Origin: Spirochaetia bacterium
GTDB taxonomy: Bacteria > Spirochaetota > Spirochaetia > UBA9216
NCBI GenBank assembly: GCA_965140585.1
Contig: OZ223270.1
Span: 288,001-352,000, forward strand
Reading direction: 5' to 3'
DNA length: 64,000 nucleotides
Under the pieces are notes generated by a model. It was not told where the DNA came from. It saw only the letters and a program-made list of their open reading frames with translations, and did not search any database. The position numbers were made by a program, and so were the translations under genes. Positions 38,466 to 48,549 of this stretch are shown here, in pieces (positions within the stretch are counted from its first letter, which is position 1; every line of letters starts with the position of its first letter).

Positions 38466-40544
38466 CTATGCCTCTCTCTCAATTTTTACAAAGGTGCTGT
38501 GTGTTCTGGCTCCGCCTGACGGCATTGTTGGTTCAGAAGAAGTAAGCATGTTCGGACAGCCTGCAGTATCTGTACACATATCAGCAGAAATGTCCGGCCA
38601 TGTTCCGGCCTCCAGACAGAGGGTTCCGCTTATTATATCATCTGTGAGCCTTGCCTTGATACGGATCTTTGCCTCATTCCTGCTTAATATCACCGGCTTC
38701 CCGTCACTTATATTAAGTGCTGCAGCATCGGAGGAGTTAATTAAAATACCGGAGTTCCGGTCTGTCATTGACGGAACATTAGCAAACTGGGAATTTATCT
38801 TTAAAAAACTGTGGGGAGTTATTAGTGAGAACATACCTTCCTCTTTAAAATCGGTATACACAGGGAAGGGTGAACCTCCCGCTTTTTCATATGGAGCACT
38901 GCATATTTCGATCTTTCCGGATGGAGTCTGCAGCGGATTAGCCTCGGGGTCTTTAACAAATTCAGAAAGTCCTACCCTCTCATGTTCATTTCCGTAGAAA
39001 ATTCCTCTGCTCATAAATTCCTCAGGATCGCTTATTTCAGAATTTTGCATAAAATGGCGGAGCCATCCGGTTTCATCCCGGCCCCCGGTGAATTCTTCCT
39101 TGAATCCAAGCCTTTCAGATAAAAGAGTAAATATTTCATAATCTGTTTTTACTCCTGAAGGAGGCTCAACAGCCTTTGCTGAATAGAGTAAAAAGTTACC
39201 TTCAGGAAACACAATATCCGATCTTTCAGTAAAATCAGCAGCAGGAAGTACCACTGAACTTTCAGCAGCAGTGGGAGTCATAAAAAGATCATGAGTAACA
39301 GAAAAATCGAGACTCTTAAAAGCCCGCCTGCTGCGAAGAGTATCCGCCCCCTGAACCAGATAGTTTCCGCCGCAATTATATGCAGCCCTTATCGGCGGAG
39401 ACAGTGAATCATCGAGTATCCGGTCGGCCCAGGTGTAGACAGGGATAAGCCTTTTGCGGATCGGCTGAGCTGCAACGGCATAGTCTTCCGGTAGCTGACC
39501 GAGCTTTCCGCAACGCGGATGAGGCATAGGGCCCCAGATATTTGCACCGCTTGAACCGCCTTTGATACCAGTGTTCCCGGTCACGGACTGAAGAACCATC
39601 GCCAGCCTTGCGGCATCCTCACCGCCGAGAGTTCTTTGTATTGATAAACCGGGAATAAGCGCAACGGGGTGTGATTGTGAGTAAGCATCAACAATCCTGA
39701 TTATATCAGAGACTTCTGTACCGCAGATATCTGATGCCCACTGGGCGTTTTTTACAGGAGCCAGTTTTAGCCATGAATTAAATTCTTCAAAACCGCTGCA
39801 GTATTTTTCAATATATTCATAATCCAGGGCTTTTCTTTTATCAAGCTCACAGATCACCGCAGCCATCATTGCAGAGTCAGTCCCGGGCTTTATACGAACC
39901 CATTCAGCATCAAGGCTGCGGACTGTTCTGCTTTTTCTGGGATCTACAACTATAATTCTGACGCCACGGCTTCCGGCCTCTTTGAGTCTGCTCAAAAGAG
40001 CCGGTCCGAATCTGGTTTCAGCTATATTCGCACCCCAGAGAATGATAAGTTCAGAATACGTAAGCGTACCGGCATCGATTGCCGCGTTCGAAGTTCCGTA
40101 GACAAAGGGAGTTGCAAAACTTACAGCTGCTGAACTGTATGAACCGGTTGTCTCTGTATAGCCTCCGAACAGGTTGAGAAAGCGTTTTGCAAGGGTTGAT
40201 GTATTATGGAGAGCCCCCCTGCAGGAGCCGCTTCCCCCAAGCCTTATAACAGCCTCCGGACCGTAGCTATCCTTAATTTCAAGCAGTTTTTCGGCTGTAA
40301 AATCCAGGGCGTCATCCCAGCTGCATTCTTTCAATGTCGCATCGGGACCTGTTCTCATCAGAGGCTTAAGAAGCCTTTCAGGATGATAGGTCAGCTTTGC
40401 AGCATTATATCCGCGGGCACAGCCTTTCATCCATTGTGTTTTCAGGGGATTGTCGGTGATTTTTGTAATTCGGCCGCCGATAACTTCCGCCATAAGCGGG
40501 CAGCCTCCGCCGCAGTCTTTATTGCAGCTGACAGGTATTCTCAT
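38466..40544 (-). CDS. Molybdopterin oxidoreductase, DMSO reductase family, no Tat signal
   Basis: CNKDCGGGC...C 4Fe-4S motif, GSYS (Ser-ligand position), WGAN, LQTPSGKIEI, molydop-binding C-terminus. Start moved to 40544 because the longer ORF start lies in a terminator. Confidence 0.88.
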   Translation of the reverse strand: MRIPVSCNKDCGGGCPLMAEVIGGRITKITDNPLKTQWMKGCARGYNAAKLTYHPERLLKPLMRTGPDATLKECSWDDALDFTAEKLLEIKDSYGPEAVIRLGGSGSCRGALHNTSTLAKRFLNLFGGYTETTGSYSSAAVSFATPFVYGTSNAAIDAGTLTYSELIILWGANIAETRFGPALLSRLKEAGSRGVRIIVVDPRKSRTVRSLDAEWVRIKPGTDSAMMAAVICELDKRKALDYEYIEKYCSGFEEFNSWLKLAPVKNAQWASDICGTEVSDIIRIVDAYSQSHPVALIPGLSIQRTLGGEDAARLAMVLQSVTGNTGIKGGSSGANIWGPMPHPRCGKLGQLPEDYAVAAQPIRKRLIPVYTWADRILDDSLSPPIRAAYNCGGNYLVQGADTLRSRRAFKSLDFSVTHDLFMTPTAAESSVVLPAADFTERSDIVFPEGNFLLYSAKAVEPPSGVKTDYEIFTLLSERLGFKEEFTGGRDETGWLRHFMQNSEISDPEEFMSRGIFYGNEHERVGLSEFVKDPEANPLQTPSGKIEICSAPYEKAGGSPFPVYTDFKEEGMFSLITPHSFLKINSQFANVPSMTDRNSGILINSSDAAALNISDGKPVILSRNEAKIRIKARLTDDIISGTLCLEAGTWPDISADMCTDTAGCPNMLTSSEPTMPSGGARTHSTFVKIEREA

Positions 40545-40560
40545 ACTTAAAAAAATATAA

Positions 40561-40600
40561 AAAAACCGGTGTCTTTTCAACGGAGAAGACACCGGTTTTT
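40561..40600. terminator. Intrinsic terminator (bidirectional form) after 40622-42073
   Basis: AAAAACCGGTGTCTT...AAGACACCGGTTTTT perfect stem with T-runs on both strands. Confidence 0.85.
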
Positions 40601-40621
40601 CAGTGGATTATAGTATGAAAA

Positions 40622-42073
40622 TCAATCAAATCGGATGGCAGCCTCTATTGTAGCTCCGAAATCTGAATAACCTACTCTTGCACCATTTGCCTTTACAAAT
40701 GCAGCGGCAGAGAGTTCAAATATCAGAAGGTCAAAGGAAGCTCCAGCACTCAGGTAACCTGAATTATATCCAGCCATTACACCGATAAAATTAAAGAGTT
40801 CAGCATAGGCACCGGCGTGGATGACTGAAAGATAATCAAAATAATCACCGTTTATCAGGGCGGCGATTCCTGTATACATATTATCAAGTTCAGCATTGAT
40901 TCCAAGAGCAAACCAGTCGCCGAGGTTAATATCAAATGCTGCGCCGAAAGTTACGTCCATAGGTATTTTATAAACAGTATTTGTTGCGGTGCTCGAATCA
41001 CTTACAAGACCGAAGCTTTCTATTACAGAACCTATTGATGTTTCTGTAAAATGCATCTTTGTGCCAAACAGGTCGGTAACTGTTAAACCAAGCTTTAATG
41101 GACCAAGTTTCATTATTGTTCCGAGATCGAGGCCAACACCCCAGCCTGAATAGGCGGAATATGCATTCATCGCCGTGGCTATATCAGTGGCACCAATCAA
41201 TTCAAAAACCTGAGAACCGGAAACAGGTACGTAGACCTTGTACATGGGACGTAAATCTGCTCCGATATACAGGAAGTCAGGCAGAACCTCAAATGAGTAG
41301 CCGCCGGTAAACGTTGCTGTAGTATCAGCCCATCCGACAGCTCCGAGGATTGTAGCACCCTTCATATAGATGTCTGAGTTAAGGTTAAGTCCGAAACCCC
41401 AGCCTTTGCCTACTATACCAAGCAGACCGAAGTTTGCACCAAGCCTGAAGTTTCCTGAAGGAAGGGCTTTAAGGTCCTCTCCTGTAACATCTTCAATTAC
41501 AAGGGTGGCTAGGTTAACTGTGTTGGCAGCAAGTGCAGGATCATCTAAAAGCGATTCGGGATTCGCAACTACAGATTCAGGATCATCTATAATTGCCTCA
41601 ACCCCTAAATCTGCAAGAAGTGCATCAACACTGTCATAAGAATCCAGATCGTCTACTCCAAATCCGGCTTCCTGTAGAAGTGTCCCCATACTCTCAACAT
41701 CCTGCTCCTCAGCCCAATTCGCAAAATCTTCTGCATCAACAGAGGCAAGAGTTTCAGTAAGCTGGGTCTGAGTATCGGCAATATATGCTTCCGGGTTAGA
41801 GGCAAAATCGATTAAGGACTGATCGAAAAACCCCCAGACGTTGGCGCTGGTCAGAGTAAATGAACCGTCTTCCATTGCAAATCCGGCCGGATTCTTGAAA
41901 AGCGAGTTATATCCGGATGCATTGGCAGTAAACGAACCGCCCTGGCCGGCAACCTGCGGATTAACAGGAACTGCGGAGGGGATATCTACAACTGTGGTAT
42001 CGGTCTGAGCAAAAAGCAGCATTCCGGGAACCAGTACATTTATTAATATGAATAATAACAGTAAGCGTTTCAT
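40622..42073 (-). CDS. Exported, probably outer-membrane beta-barrel protein (TraF-2-like N-terminal motif)
   Basis: Signal peptide, G.GG..TA......LF.NPAG motif, alternating beta-strand C-terminus ending AAIRFD. Confidence 0.6.
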   Translation of the reverse strand: MKRLLLLFILINVLVPGMLLFAQTDTTVVDIPSAVPVNPQVAGQGGSFTANASGYNSLFKNPAGFAMEDGSFTLTSANVWGFFDQSLIDFASNPEAYIADTQTQLTETLASVDAEDFANWAEEQDVESMGTLLQEAGFGVDDLDSYDSVDALLADLGVEAIIDDPESVVANPESLLDDPALAANTVNLATLVIEDVTGEDLKALPSGNFRLGANFGLLGIVGKGWGFGLNLNSDIYMKGATILGAVGWADTTATFTGGYSFEVLPDFLYIGADLRPMYKVYVPVSGSQVFELIGATDIATAMNAYSAYSGWGVGLDLGTIMKLGPLKLGLTVTDLFGTKMHFTETSIGSVIESFGLVSDSSTATNTVYKIPMDVTFGAAFDINLGDWFALGINAELDNMYTGIAALINGDYFDYLSVIHAGAYAELFNFIGVMAGYNSGYLSAGASFDLLIFELSAAAFVKANGARVGYSDFGATIEAAIRFD

Positions 42074-42322
42074 GGCTTCCTCCCTAAATAGTTTCTCCCA
42101 GTACTTCTAATGATATCGCATTTTACATGCCAAAAAAAGATTATTCTTACAAAAAAAATCAATTTTTTAAATCACTTATATACAAGAAATTAAACTTACG
42201 ATTTTTCTGGTATTAATATATATACCACAAAATGAAGATAACTGTATGTTTTTTAATACAGCTCTTCTTAAATTTGTATTATATTGCATCTTTACTTTCC
42301 AGCTGATAATATATCCCCGTCT

Positions 42323-44239
42323 ATGAATAACAGAATTAATAAAGCATATTTTCTTATACCGATATTTTATTCTTTGATTATTGTATCACTGCTCTATCTT
42401 CAGTTTTCAGGCTCAAGGTCTTTTTCTGCAGAGATTGAGGGGATAAGCATAAAAGGTAGAACTACAGCAGGAGGCCCGGGGAAAGAAAGGGCTTTAAAGA
42501 ATCTGCATGTATACTGCGGGGGTATAGACTTCTCCTTTGACGAAGAAAACCCCGTAATAATTTATACTCAGGACGGGCTGAACCACCTTGCGCATCCGGT
42601 TGACTACAGGGTAACCGCAACAGGTATTGATGTCCTTCTCGCCAAGAAAACCTCTGTATCCTTTTATATTCAGCAGAACAACAAGCAGCAGATAAATATT
42701 GAAGTTAATTCTGAAGATCCTCTTTCTGTGAGGTACATTTCACTTCCCTTTTCAAGCGAAGGCTATACCGTTAGTGCAAGAGACGGTGTACCAGTAATTA
42801 CCCTGGAAAACGAGGAAGGTTCATCCAGATACTTTATTACCATGCCTGAAAACTGCGAATTCGATGCTGAAAATACTAAACTCAATATTTATCCTTCGGA
42901 TGCAACTTTCGGCTTACTGGCTGTAGAAAAAGCTCCAGAAAATATTCTTGATGCCTTTGCGTTCTGGTTTAACGGAAATTCGGAGCTGACTACCGAAGAA
43001 GATCTGCAAAAAGAAATAAAGAATTACCTTGATAAATCAGTTTCCGCCATGAGAAATTCCAGATACAATTCAAGCGGCGGAACATGGGAATCGAAAACCG
43101 GACTTGATGTTTTTTCTGAAACAGCTTTAATGGCCAGCATGTCAGAAGCAGTAAATACTTCAAACTATATCAGAACCAGGGAAACGCTTGAGAACTCAGC
43201 AGCAAGAAACAGCGAGGACCTTACTATACTGAGTGCACCTTTATTCGGAAATATTGTAAACGCCGGATGGAGCTATGATAAAAAAATCTCGGATCTTGTG
43301 AACACGCTTGAAAGAAAATCCGGGCTCTCTGATTACTCAATCTTTACCCAGCCTGAACTTATCAATGTCATAATGACAGAGAGTTCGGATAAGCTGCTCA
43401 CAAACATCCGGAAAATGTCTGAAGATCTTGCCGGGCACAGCATTGATGTATCAACTGCTGTTTCAATCCTGGATTTTTACAACAGGCTTAAAATGGAAGC
43501 ACCCTCAAAAGCCGTCGGGCTACAAGGTTTTGAAACTCTGCTCAGTGAGGTTATTCTTCCTTCTGTGGCAATGGCCGGAAAAGGGCTCTTCATCATGACT
43601 GATGAGTCGAGTTCCGATGTCTCTGTATCACTTACTGCGGGACTCAACATGATTCACAACGAGAGCGCCGAAGAGGCTGAAAACGTTCGTACTCTAGGAC
43701 GTGAGCTTGTAAAATCGGTACTGGATCTTTCAGACAGCAGAGGCTTTCTGCCGGAGAGGGTTATTAAAGATGAAAACGATGAGGCTTTAACCGACGGAGT
43801 AATAAACCCGGAAGACGTTTACCCATTACTGAGTACAAACACCTACTATCCAAAGGAAGACTTCTTTCTTAGCGAACTTGGCGAGCCGGTCAGCGTTTAT
43901 AATGCGGCTGATAATTTTGAGATTGAAAAGACTGAAACCGGTTACAAAATAAGTATGGATTATCCCGCAGGAGCGATTCACTCCTTTGTAATTAGAAACT
44001 TCAAACCGTTTTATTCGATGAATCTTCTAGGCTATCAATGGAACGCCGACCACCGCTTTATGACCTACTTCAGCGGATGGTGGTACGATAGATCTAACCA
44101 GTGTCTGTATGTAAAAATACGTCACCGGTTCACAACAGAAGAGATCCTGATCGAAACAAACCGTCCGGCAACACAGCCCGCCCCGGCAGCTGAAACAACA
44201 ACTGAAACAGCAGCACCTGCAGCGGAAACCGTACAATAA
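42323..44239 (+). CDS. Membrane-anchored hypothetical protein
   Basis: Long ORF with N-terminal TM helix and Ala/Pro/Thr tail. ATG 42323 preferred as the start. Confidence 0.65.
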   Translation: MNNRINKAYFLIPIFYSLIIVSLLYLQFSGSRSFSAEIEGISIKGRTTAGGPGKERALKNLHVYCGGIDFSFDEENPVIIYTQDGLNHLAHPVDYRVTATGIDVLLAKKTSVSFYIQQNNKQQINIEVNSEDPLSVRYISLPFSSEGYTVSARDGVPVITLENEEGSSRYFITMPENCEFDAENTKLNIYPSDATFGLLAVEKAPENILDAFAFWFNGNSELTTEEDLQKEIKNYLDKSVSAMRNSRYNSSGGTWESKTGLDVFSETALMASMSEAVNTSNYIRTRETLENSAARNSEDLTILSAPLFGNIVNAGWSYDKKISDLVNTLERKSGLSDYSIFTQPELINVIMTESSDKLLTNIRKMSEDLAGHSIDVSTAVSILDFYNRLKMEAPSKAVGLQGFETLLSEVILPSVAMAGKGLFIMTDESSSDVSVSLTAGLNMIHNESAEEAENVRTLGRELVKSVLDLSDSRGFLPERVIKDENDEALTDGVINPEDVYPLLSTNTYYPKEDFFLSELGEPVSVYNAADNFEIEKTETGYKISMDYPAGAIHSFVIRNFKPFYSMNLLGYQWNADHRFMTYFSGWWYDRSNQCLYVKIRHRFTTEEILIETNRPATQPAPAAETTTETAAPAAETVQ

Positions 44240-44241
44240 AG

Positions 44242-44271
44242 AAAAACCCCTCAGCGAACCCGCCGAGGGGT
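44242..44271 (-). terminator. Intrinsic terminator between convergent genes
   Basis: Minus strand CCCCTCGGCG-GGTT-CGCTGAGGGG followed by TTTTT. Confidence 0.8.
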
Positions 44272-44297
44272 GATTAATCAAATTTATTTATTAATAT

Positions 44298-46454
44298 TTA
44301 CTCAGTAATGTGGAAAGTGATGCTCATGCTAAGGCTGTCAATGAAATTATTAAGATTTAAGCCATCATAAGTTATTAAAGTACCATCTGCTGTTGCATCA
44401 CCATCTGGATCATTAGTTCCATCCCCAAAAATATCAAAATTTAATGCAGTCATTATGGACTGACCAAAGAAATCCAGGGTAACAAAGCCAGTGGGTTGCC
44501 ATCTTACCATGAAGTTCATCAGACCTCCCCAGTCTGTATTGGTATAATCCACCGTTGTTGATCCTGTTGTAGAAGAACTGACAGAAGTGCTTGCAGCAGG
44601 AGAAACATTTGTACCATCTGTTGTAGTACTTGTAATGACACTGGTTATTGTTGAATCAGCTGTAGTAACAACTTTTTTACTTACCGAACTAAACAGGTTA
44701 TACCCGCCGACAATAGTAAGTTTGTTATCAAAAAGATTGACCGCGGCAGAAACAGGAATGATAAAGTTATGTGTAAATTCGTTATCTGTGGATTTTCCAG
44801 TGTAGGAAGTTGTGGTAACTTCAGTAACAGTTCCCTGTACATTACCTGCACCAAGTCCGACATCTGTAACACCGGAAGCATTTGTAGCCTGTGCAAGTGT
44901 TGATGTTGCATCTGTAGCAGTAGCGGTCTCAGTAGTAACTTCATTCAGATTAGAGGTACTACCGAATGTGAAATCAGGAGCATAAAAGGCTCCGGCAGAA
45001 ACAACTAGAGTATTATCCTTAGTTTTAGCTTCAAGGACTCCTCCGACTTCAAAATTCATAAGGAAGGAACTGCTTACATTAGGATTTGTAGTGGTATAGC
45101 TATATGAATATGTTGAGTTTGTAGCCGCACTGTCAGCTCTTGAATAGCTGATAGTTTTTGTTCCTGAAGTAGTATCGGTATTAGAGTAATAACCAAAACC
45201 CATTTGAAATCTGGTCTTTGCACTTAAAATATCTGAAAGTTCAAATTTCGGATCTATTCTACCTTTTACAAGTCCTGTGAAAAATCCGTCATCAATTGCT
45301 GCCATATTTTGTGCTTCATTTCCAACAGCATCCCTAATAGCTGTAACATCAGCCCATTCTGCGCTTGCGGTAACCGGGGTTCCAGCAGCTATATGCTCAG
45401 CAGCTATAGTGTCATAATCCAGATTTGCAACACCAATAAGGTATGTAAGAGTTGAAGTATCATCTGCAGTTCCACCTGCACCATCGGTATCAACGTATGA
45501 ATCAACAACAGTTACATTTTGCGGGATGCCCCAAGAGGTACTGCCGTCACAGCCTGCATTGACCTGGACTGAAGCAGTCACCGGCATTGAGTAATCAGCA
45601 ATCGTAAGCGGAAACTCTCCATTTAATGCAAGTGTCCAGTTATTATTAAGCAGCCCGGCTCCAGCAGAACCGTCTTCCTTATAACCATAGATGATATTTT
45701 TTGATACTGTCTGTTCGGCGGCAGTTGGATTGAAATCCAGCGTATCTGTACCCGGGGTGATTGTGTATGAATATGTTCCGCCTGTGTATTCAGTATAATC
45801 GTTTATATTGAAGTATGCAGAGACTCCCATAAACCCTAGGTCCACTCCGGAACCGATTGAGAAACTATTACCTGTAGCATAATCAGTATATGTATAAGCA
45901 GAGGTTGCAGTATATCCGCTTACACCGTCAACGTTAGTATCATCATTTACATAGGTTGTTGATTCTGAATATTCTGAGTTGAGCTCTCCACCGTTGGTTG
46001 GATAATCATCAAGAAGCTCAGTATAAAACTCTTCAAATCCTAATACAATTCCAGACTGGAAACCCATAACAGGCATAAGGTAGCCAAGAGAAAAAGCCAC
46101 ATCACCAGATGAAGTATCTCCGTTTCCAAAGACTCCGGTAAGAAGGTTTGTCGTAAATGGATTCACAGATTGAACAGGCACAGTGACAGGGGCGCCAAGA
46201 GGGACGAAATTAAATGATTGATAATTACCATAGGCTGTATAAACTGATACCCCCTCAAAATCTGAAAGTTCAGCCGGTGAGGTAAGCAGAACATCTATTG
46301 CATCATAGAGCATTCCGTTCGAAACAACACTTATCATTGATCTTGGAATCAGATAGGTGCTTGAGTCATAGGGGTTTGTCCAGGTTGTTTCCTGCGCGCT
46401 TGCGAAGGAAACCGCGAGAACCAGTAGAAGGCAAATCACGAGTAGTTTTTTCAT
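44298..46454 (-). CDS. Exported Thr/Ser/Asp-rich surface or outer-membrane protein
   Basis: Signal peptide (ASA-QE), AGGAG RBS, own TG-TATAAT promoter, long Thr-rich beta segments. Confidence 0.7.
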   Translation of the reverse strand: MKKLLVICLLLVLAVSFASAQETTWTNPYDSSTYLIPRSMISVVSNGMLYDAIDVLLTSPAELSDFEGVSVYTAYGNYQSFNFVPLGAPVTVPVQSVNPFTTNLLTGVFGNGDTSSGDVAFSLGYLMPVMGFQSGIVLGFEEFYTELLDDYPTNGGELNSEYSESTTYVNDDTNVDGVSGYTATSAYTYTDYATGNSFSIGSGVDLGFMGVSAYFNINDYTEYTGGTYSYTITPGTDTLDFNPTAAEQTVSKNIIYGYKEDGSAGAGLLNNNWTLALNGEFPLTIADYSMPVTASVQVNAGCDGSTSWGIPQNVTVVDSYVDTDGAGGTADDTSTLTYLIGVANLDYDTIAAEHIAAGTPVTASAEWADVTAIRDAVGNEAQNMAAIDDGFFTGLVKGRIDPKFELSDILSAKTRFQMGFGYYSNTDTTSGTKTISYSRADSAATNSTYSYSYTTTNPNVSSSFLMNFEVGGVLEAKTKDNTLVVSAGAFYAPDFTFGSTSNLNEVTTETATATDATSTLAQATNASGVTDVGLGAGNVQGTVTEVTTTSYTGKSTDNEFTHNFIIPVSAAVNLFDNKLTIVGGYNLFSSVSKKVVTTADSTITSVITSTTTDGTNVSPAASTSVSSSTTGSTTVDYTNTDWGGLMNFMVRWQPTGFVTLDFFGQSIMTALNFDIFGDGTNDPDGDATADGTLITYDGLNLNNFIDSLSMSITFHITE

Positions 46455-46502
46455 AGTTTTTCTCCTAACTTATTTTTCTATAATTATATCACGTAATATA
46501 AT

Positions 46503-47126
46503 TTACATTTCGAATATTACTGTAAATCTCATCCGCACAGCGACCGGGGAGCTGCCGGAAATTGCCGGACTGAAATCAGATTCTCTTATCATTCTCTCAG
46601 CTGCTTCATCAAAGCCGAAACCTGCAGACTTCAGTATCCGTATTTCGTGCACGGTTCCTGCTTCATCAATATCCGCTTCAAGGATGACTGTACCCTCTAT
46701 CCGTTCACGTTCGGCCTGAAGCGGATACTCGAGCTCAGCCCTGTATAAAAACTCCGGGCGGGTATCCACGCGATAAAACGGAAGATATTCTCTTGCAGGC
46801 ACCCCGCCTTCAGCGACCGCAGGTTCAGTTTTCTGAAGCGGCGCCTCTACCGGTTCGGGCTCTTCAGGAACAGGTTCCTCAACAGCGGTTACTGCCTCGT
46901 TTACTGTTTCCCTGATTTCCGGTTCAGGCTCTATAAACGACTCCGGCCTGGGCTGTTCCGGAATCACCGGTTGTTCAATCAGAACGACATCTACCATCTC
47001 TATGAATTCCGCTTTTTTCTTTATTGTTTCATCTGCAGAGATATGAAAAGTCCGCGACAGCAGCAGGACATGAATCAGGATTGAAACGGCAACTGCCGCA
47101 GCCCAGGCAAAACGTTTAAGTTTCAT
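46503..47126 (-). CDS. tonB: Energy transducer TonB
   Basis: TM helix with S..IH, Pro/Glu-rich linker, YP..A....IEG.V...FDEAA C-terminal domain. Confidence 0.9.
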   Translation of the reverse strand: MKLKRFAWAAAVAVSILIHVLLLSRTFHISADETIKKKAEFIEMVDVVLIEQPVIPEQPRPESFIEPEPEIRETVNEAVTAVEEPVPEEPEPVEAPLQKTEPAVAEGGVPAREYLPFYRVDTRPEFLYRAELEYPLQAERERIEGTVILEADIDEAGTVHEIRILKSAGFGFDEAAERMIRESDFSPAISGSSPVAVRMRFTVIFEM

Positions 47127-47518
47127 TCATTCACCGTTTCATCATCCATGATCAGAACTATATCGGTAAGACCTGCGGACTGCAGGAGATCAAGTGTTTT
47201 ATCTATATTACTGTAATAAGTGTTTTTATCGGCAACAAGGTTGATTACCGTCCCTTGCGGCACCTGATTCAGAGCCGCTGAAAAACTATCCGCAGACATA
47301 TATTCACCGCTTATTCCGGTGAGTCCTCCGGAAGATATATTAACCGTCAAGGTTGCCGGAAACTCGGTCTGCTGCATAAAGCGGAACTGCGGCAGCTGAA
47401 TCTCACCATACTCATCAACGCTGGCTGTTAGTATCAGAAAAATGAGCAGAAGAAATGCAATATCCGGCATAGCAAACATCGTTATTGAGGATTTTCTCTG
47501 TCTGATGCGTATTTTCAT
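47123..47518 (-). CDS. exbD: Biopolymer transport protein ExbD
   Basis: MPDIAFLLLIFLIL TM motif and ADK motif. Confidence 0.88.
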   Translation of the reverse strand: MKIRIRQRKSSITMFAMPDIAFLLLIFLILTASVDEYGEIQLPQFRFMQQTEFPATLTVNISSGGLTGISGEYMSADSFSAALNQVPQGTVINLVADKNTYYSNIDKTLDLLQSAGLTDIVLIMDDETVNE

Positions 47519-47958
47519 TCAGCAGCCTCCCCTACCTTTAAACCTATCGGCTCGCCTTCAAGGTAACGGATTGTAAACTTTGAAATTCCTGATTCTTTAG
47601 TTATTTCCATTATACTGATAATGCTCTGATATCTCACATCAGCGTCTACATTCAGTATCATTACCGGGTCCAGAATCGAAACTGCGGCCTGCTCAATCAG
47701 CACAGAGAGCGCAGGTTTTCCGGAGGCAGGCTGAGTGTTTACCATAAAATCATCCTCTGAGAGAACATCGACAATAACAACTTCGTCGGCAGTAATGGTT
47801 CTGGGACTTGAATCTTTCTCGGGGAGCTTCAGAACAATACCTGATGTGGACATAAAGACTGCTGAAACAAGAAAAAAGATTATCAGGAGAAATGAGATGT
47901 CAGTCATGGCTCCGGTAAAATCACTAACTTTCCCGGACTTTCTGGTATTTAACTTCAT
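47515..47958 (-). CDS. exbD: Biopolymer transport protein ExbD (second copy)
   Basis: MTDISFLLIIFFLV motif. Confidence 0.88.
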   Translation of the reverse strand: MKLNTRKSGKVSDFTGAMTDISFLLIIFFLVSAVFMSTSGIVLKLPEKDSSPRTITADEVVIVDVLSEDDFMVNTQPASGKPALSVLIEQAAVSILDPVMILNVDADVRYQSIISIMEITKESGISKFTIRYLEGEPIGLKVGEAAE

Positions 47959-47962
47959 AGTG

Positions 47963-48529
47963 TCAAACGTTTCTGTTTCTGGCTATCCTGGTCACAAGCT
48001 CCTCTACACTGTGAGCCGAAGCCGTAAGAACAAAACGAAAGAGATGCTCGGAAGCGAGGCAGATAACAGCAATTATAAGTCCGAAGCCTGTTGTAATAAG
48101 TGCCTCGGAGATTCCGCCGGCGACAAGATTAACCGACACCTTGTTGGCGTCGGCAATAGTCTGAAAGGAGGCGATCATTCCAGACACTGTTCCGATAAAG
48201 CCGAGAAGCGGCGCTACTGCGCTGATAGCAGAAAGATACTCCAGCCTCCGGAACATCCGATCATAGACAAGCTGTACTTCCTGGCCGATGTACTTCTCAA
48301 AATCATCTGCACTCTGAGAGAAAAGATCAGTTTGCTCAAATCCCGGAAGCAGGCGGCCCTGTGCACCGGAGCTTTTTAAAAATATCTGAAACTGCGAGAT
48401 ACTCTTATTAAAGAAGAACATCTGTATAAGGCATTCAATGATCAGAGCAACTCCGGCTGCTGATAAAACCAGAAGCGGCCACATAAAGATACCGCCGGAA
48501 AAAAATAAGGCTGAAATTGTAGTATTCAT
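47963..48529 (-). CDS. exbB: MotA/TolQ/ExbB proton channel protein
   Basis: APLLGFIGTVSGMI and GISEALITTGFGL. Start at 48529 after CAGGAG. Confidence 0.9.
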   Translation of the reverse strand: MNTTISALFFSGGIFMWPLLVLSAAGVALIIECLIQMFFFNKSISQFQIFLKSSGAQGRLLPGFEQTDLFSQSADDFEKYIGQEVQLVYDRMFRRLEYLSAISAVAPLLGFIGTVSGMIASFQTIADANKVSVNLVAGGISEALITTGFGLIIAVICLASEHLFRFVLTASAHSVEELVTRIARNRNV

Positions 48530-48549
48530 ATATTCTCCTGAAAATATTT

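Noticed and set aside
40545-40592. N-terminal extension of the Mo enzyme containing RHR, a possible Tat signal
   Set aside because: It is translated terminator sequence, with no true twin-Arg motif or signal-peptide structure.
47735-48379. 214-aa plus-strand ORF
   Set aside because: Antisense to exbB/exbD, with no recognisable features.
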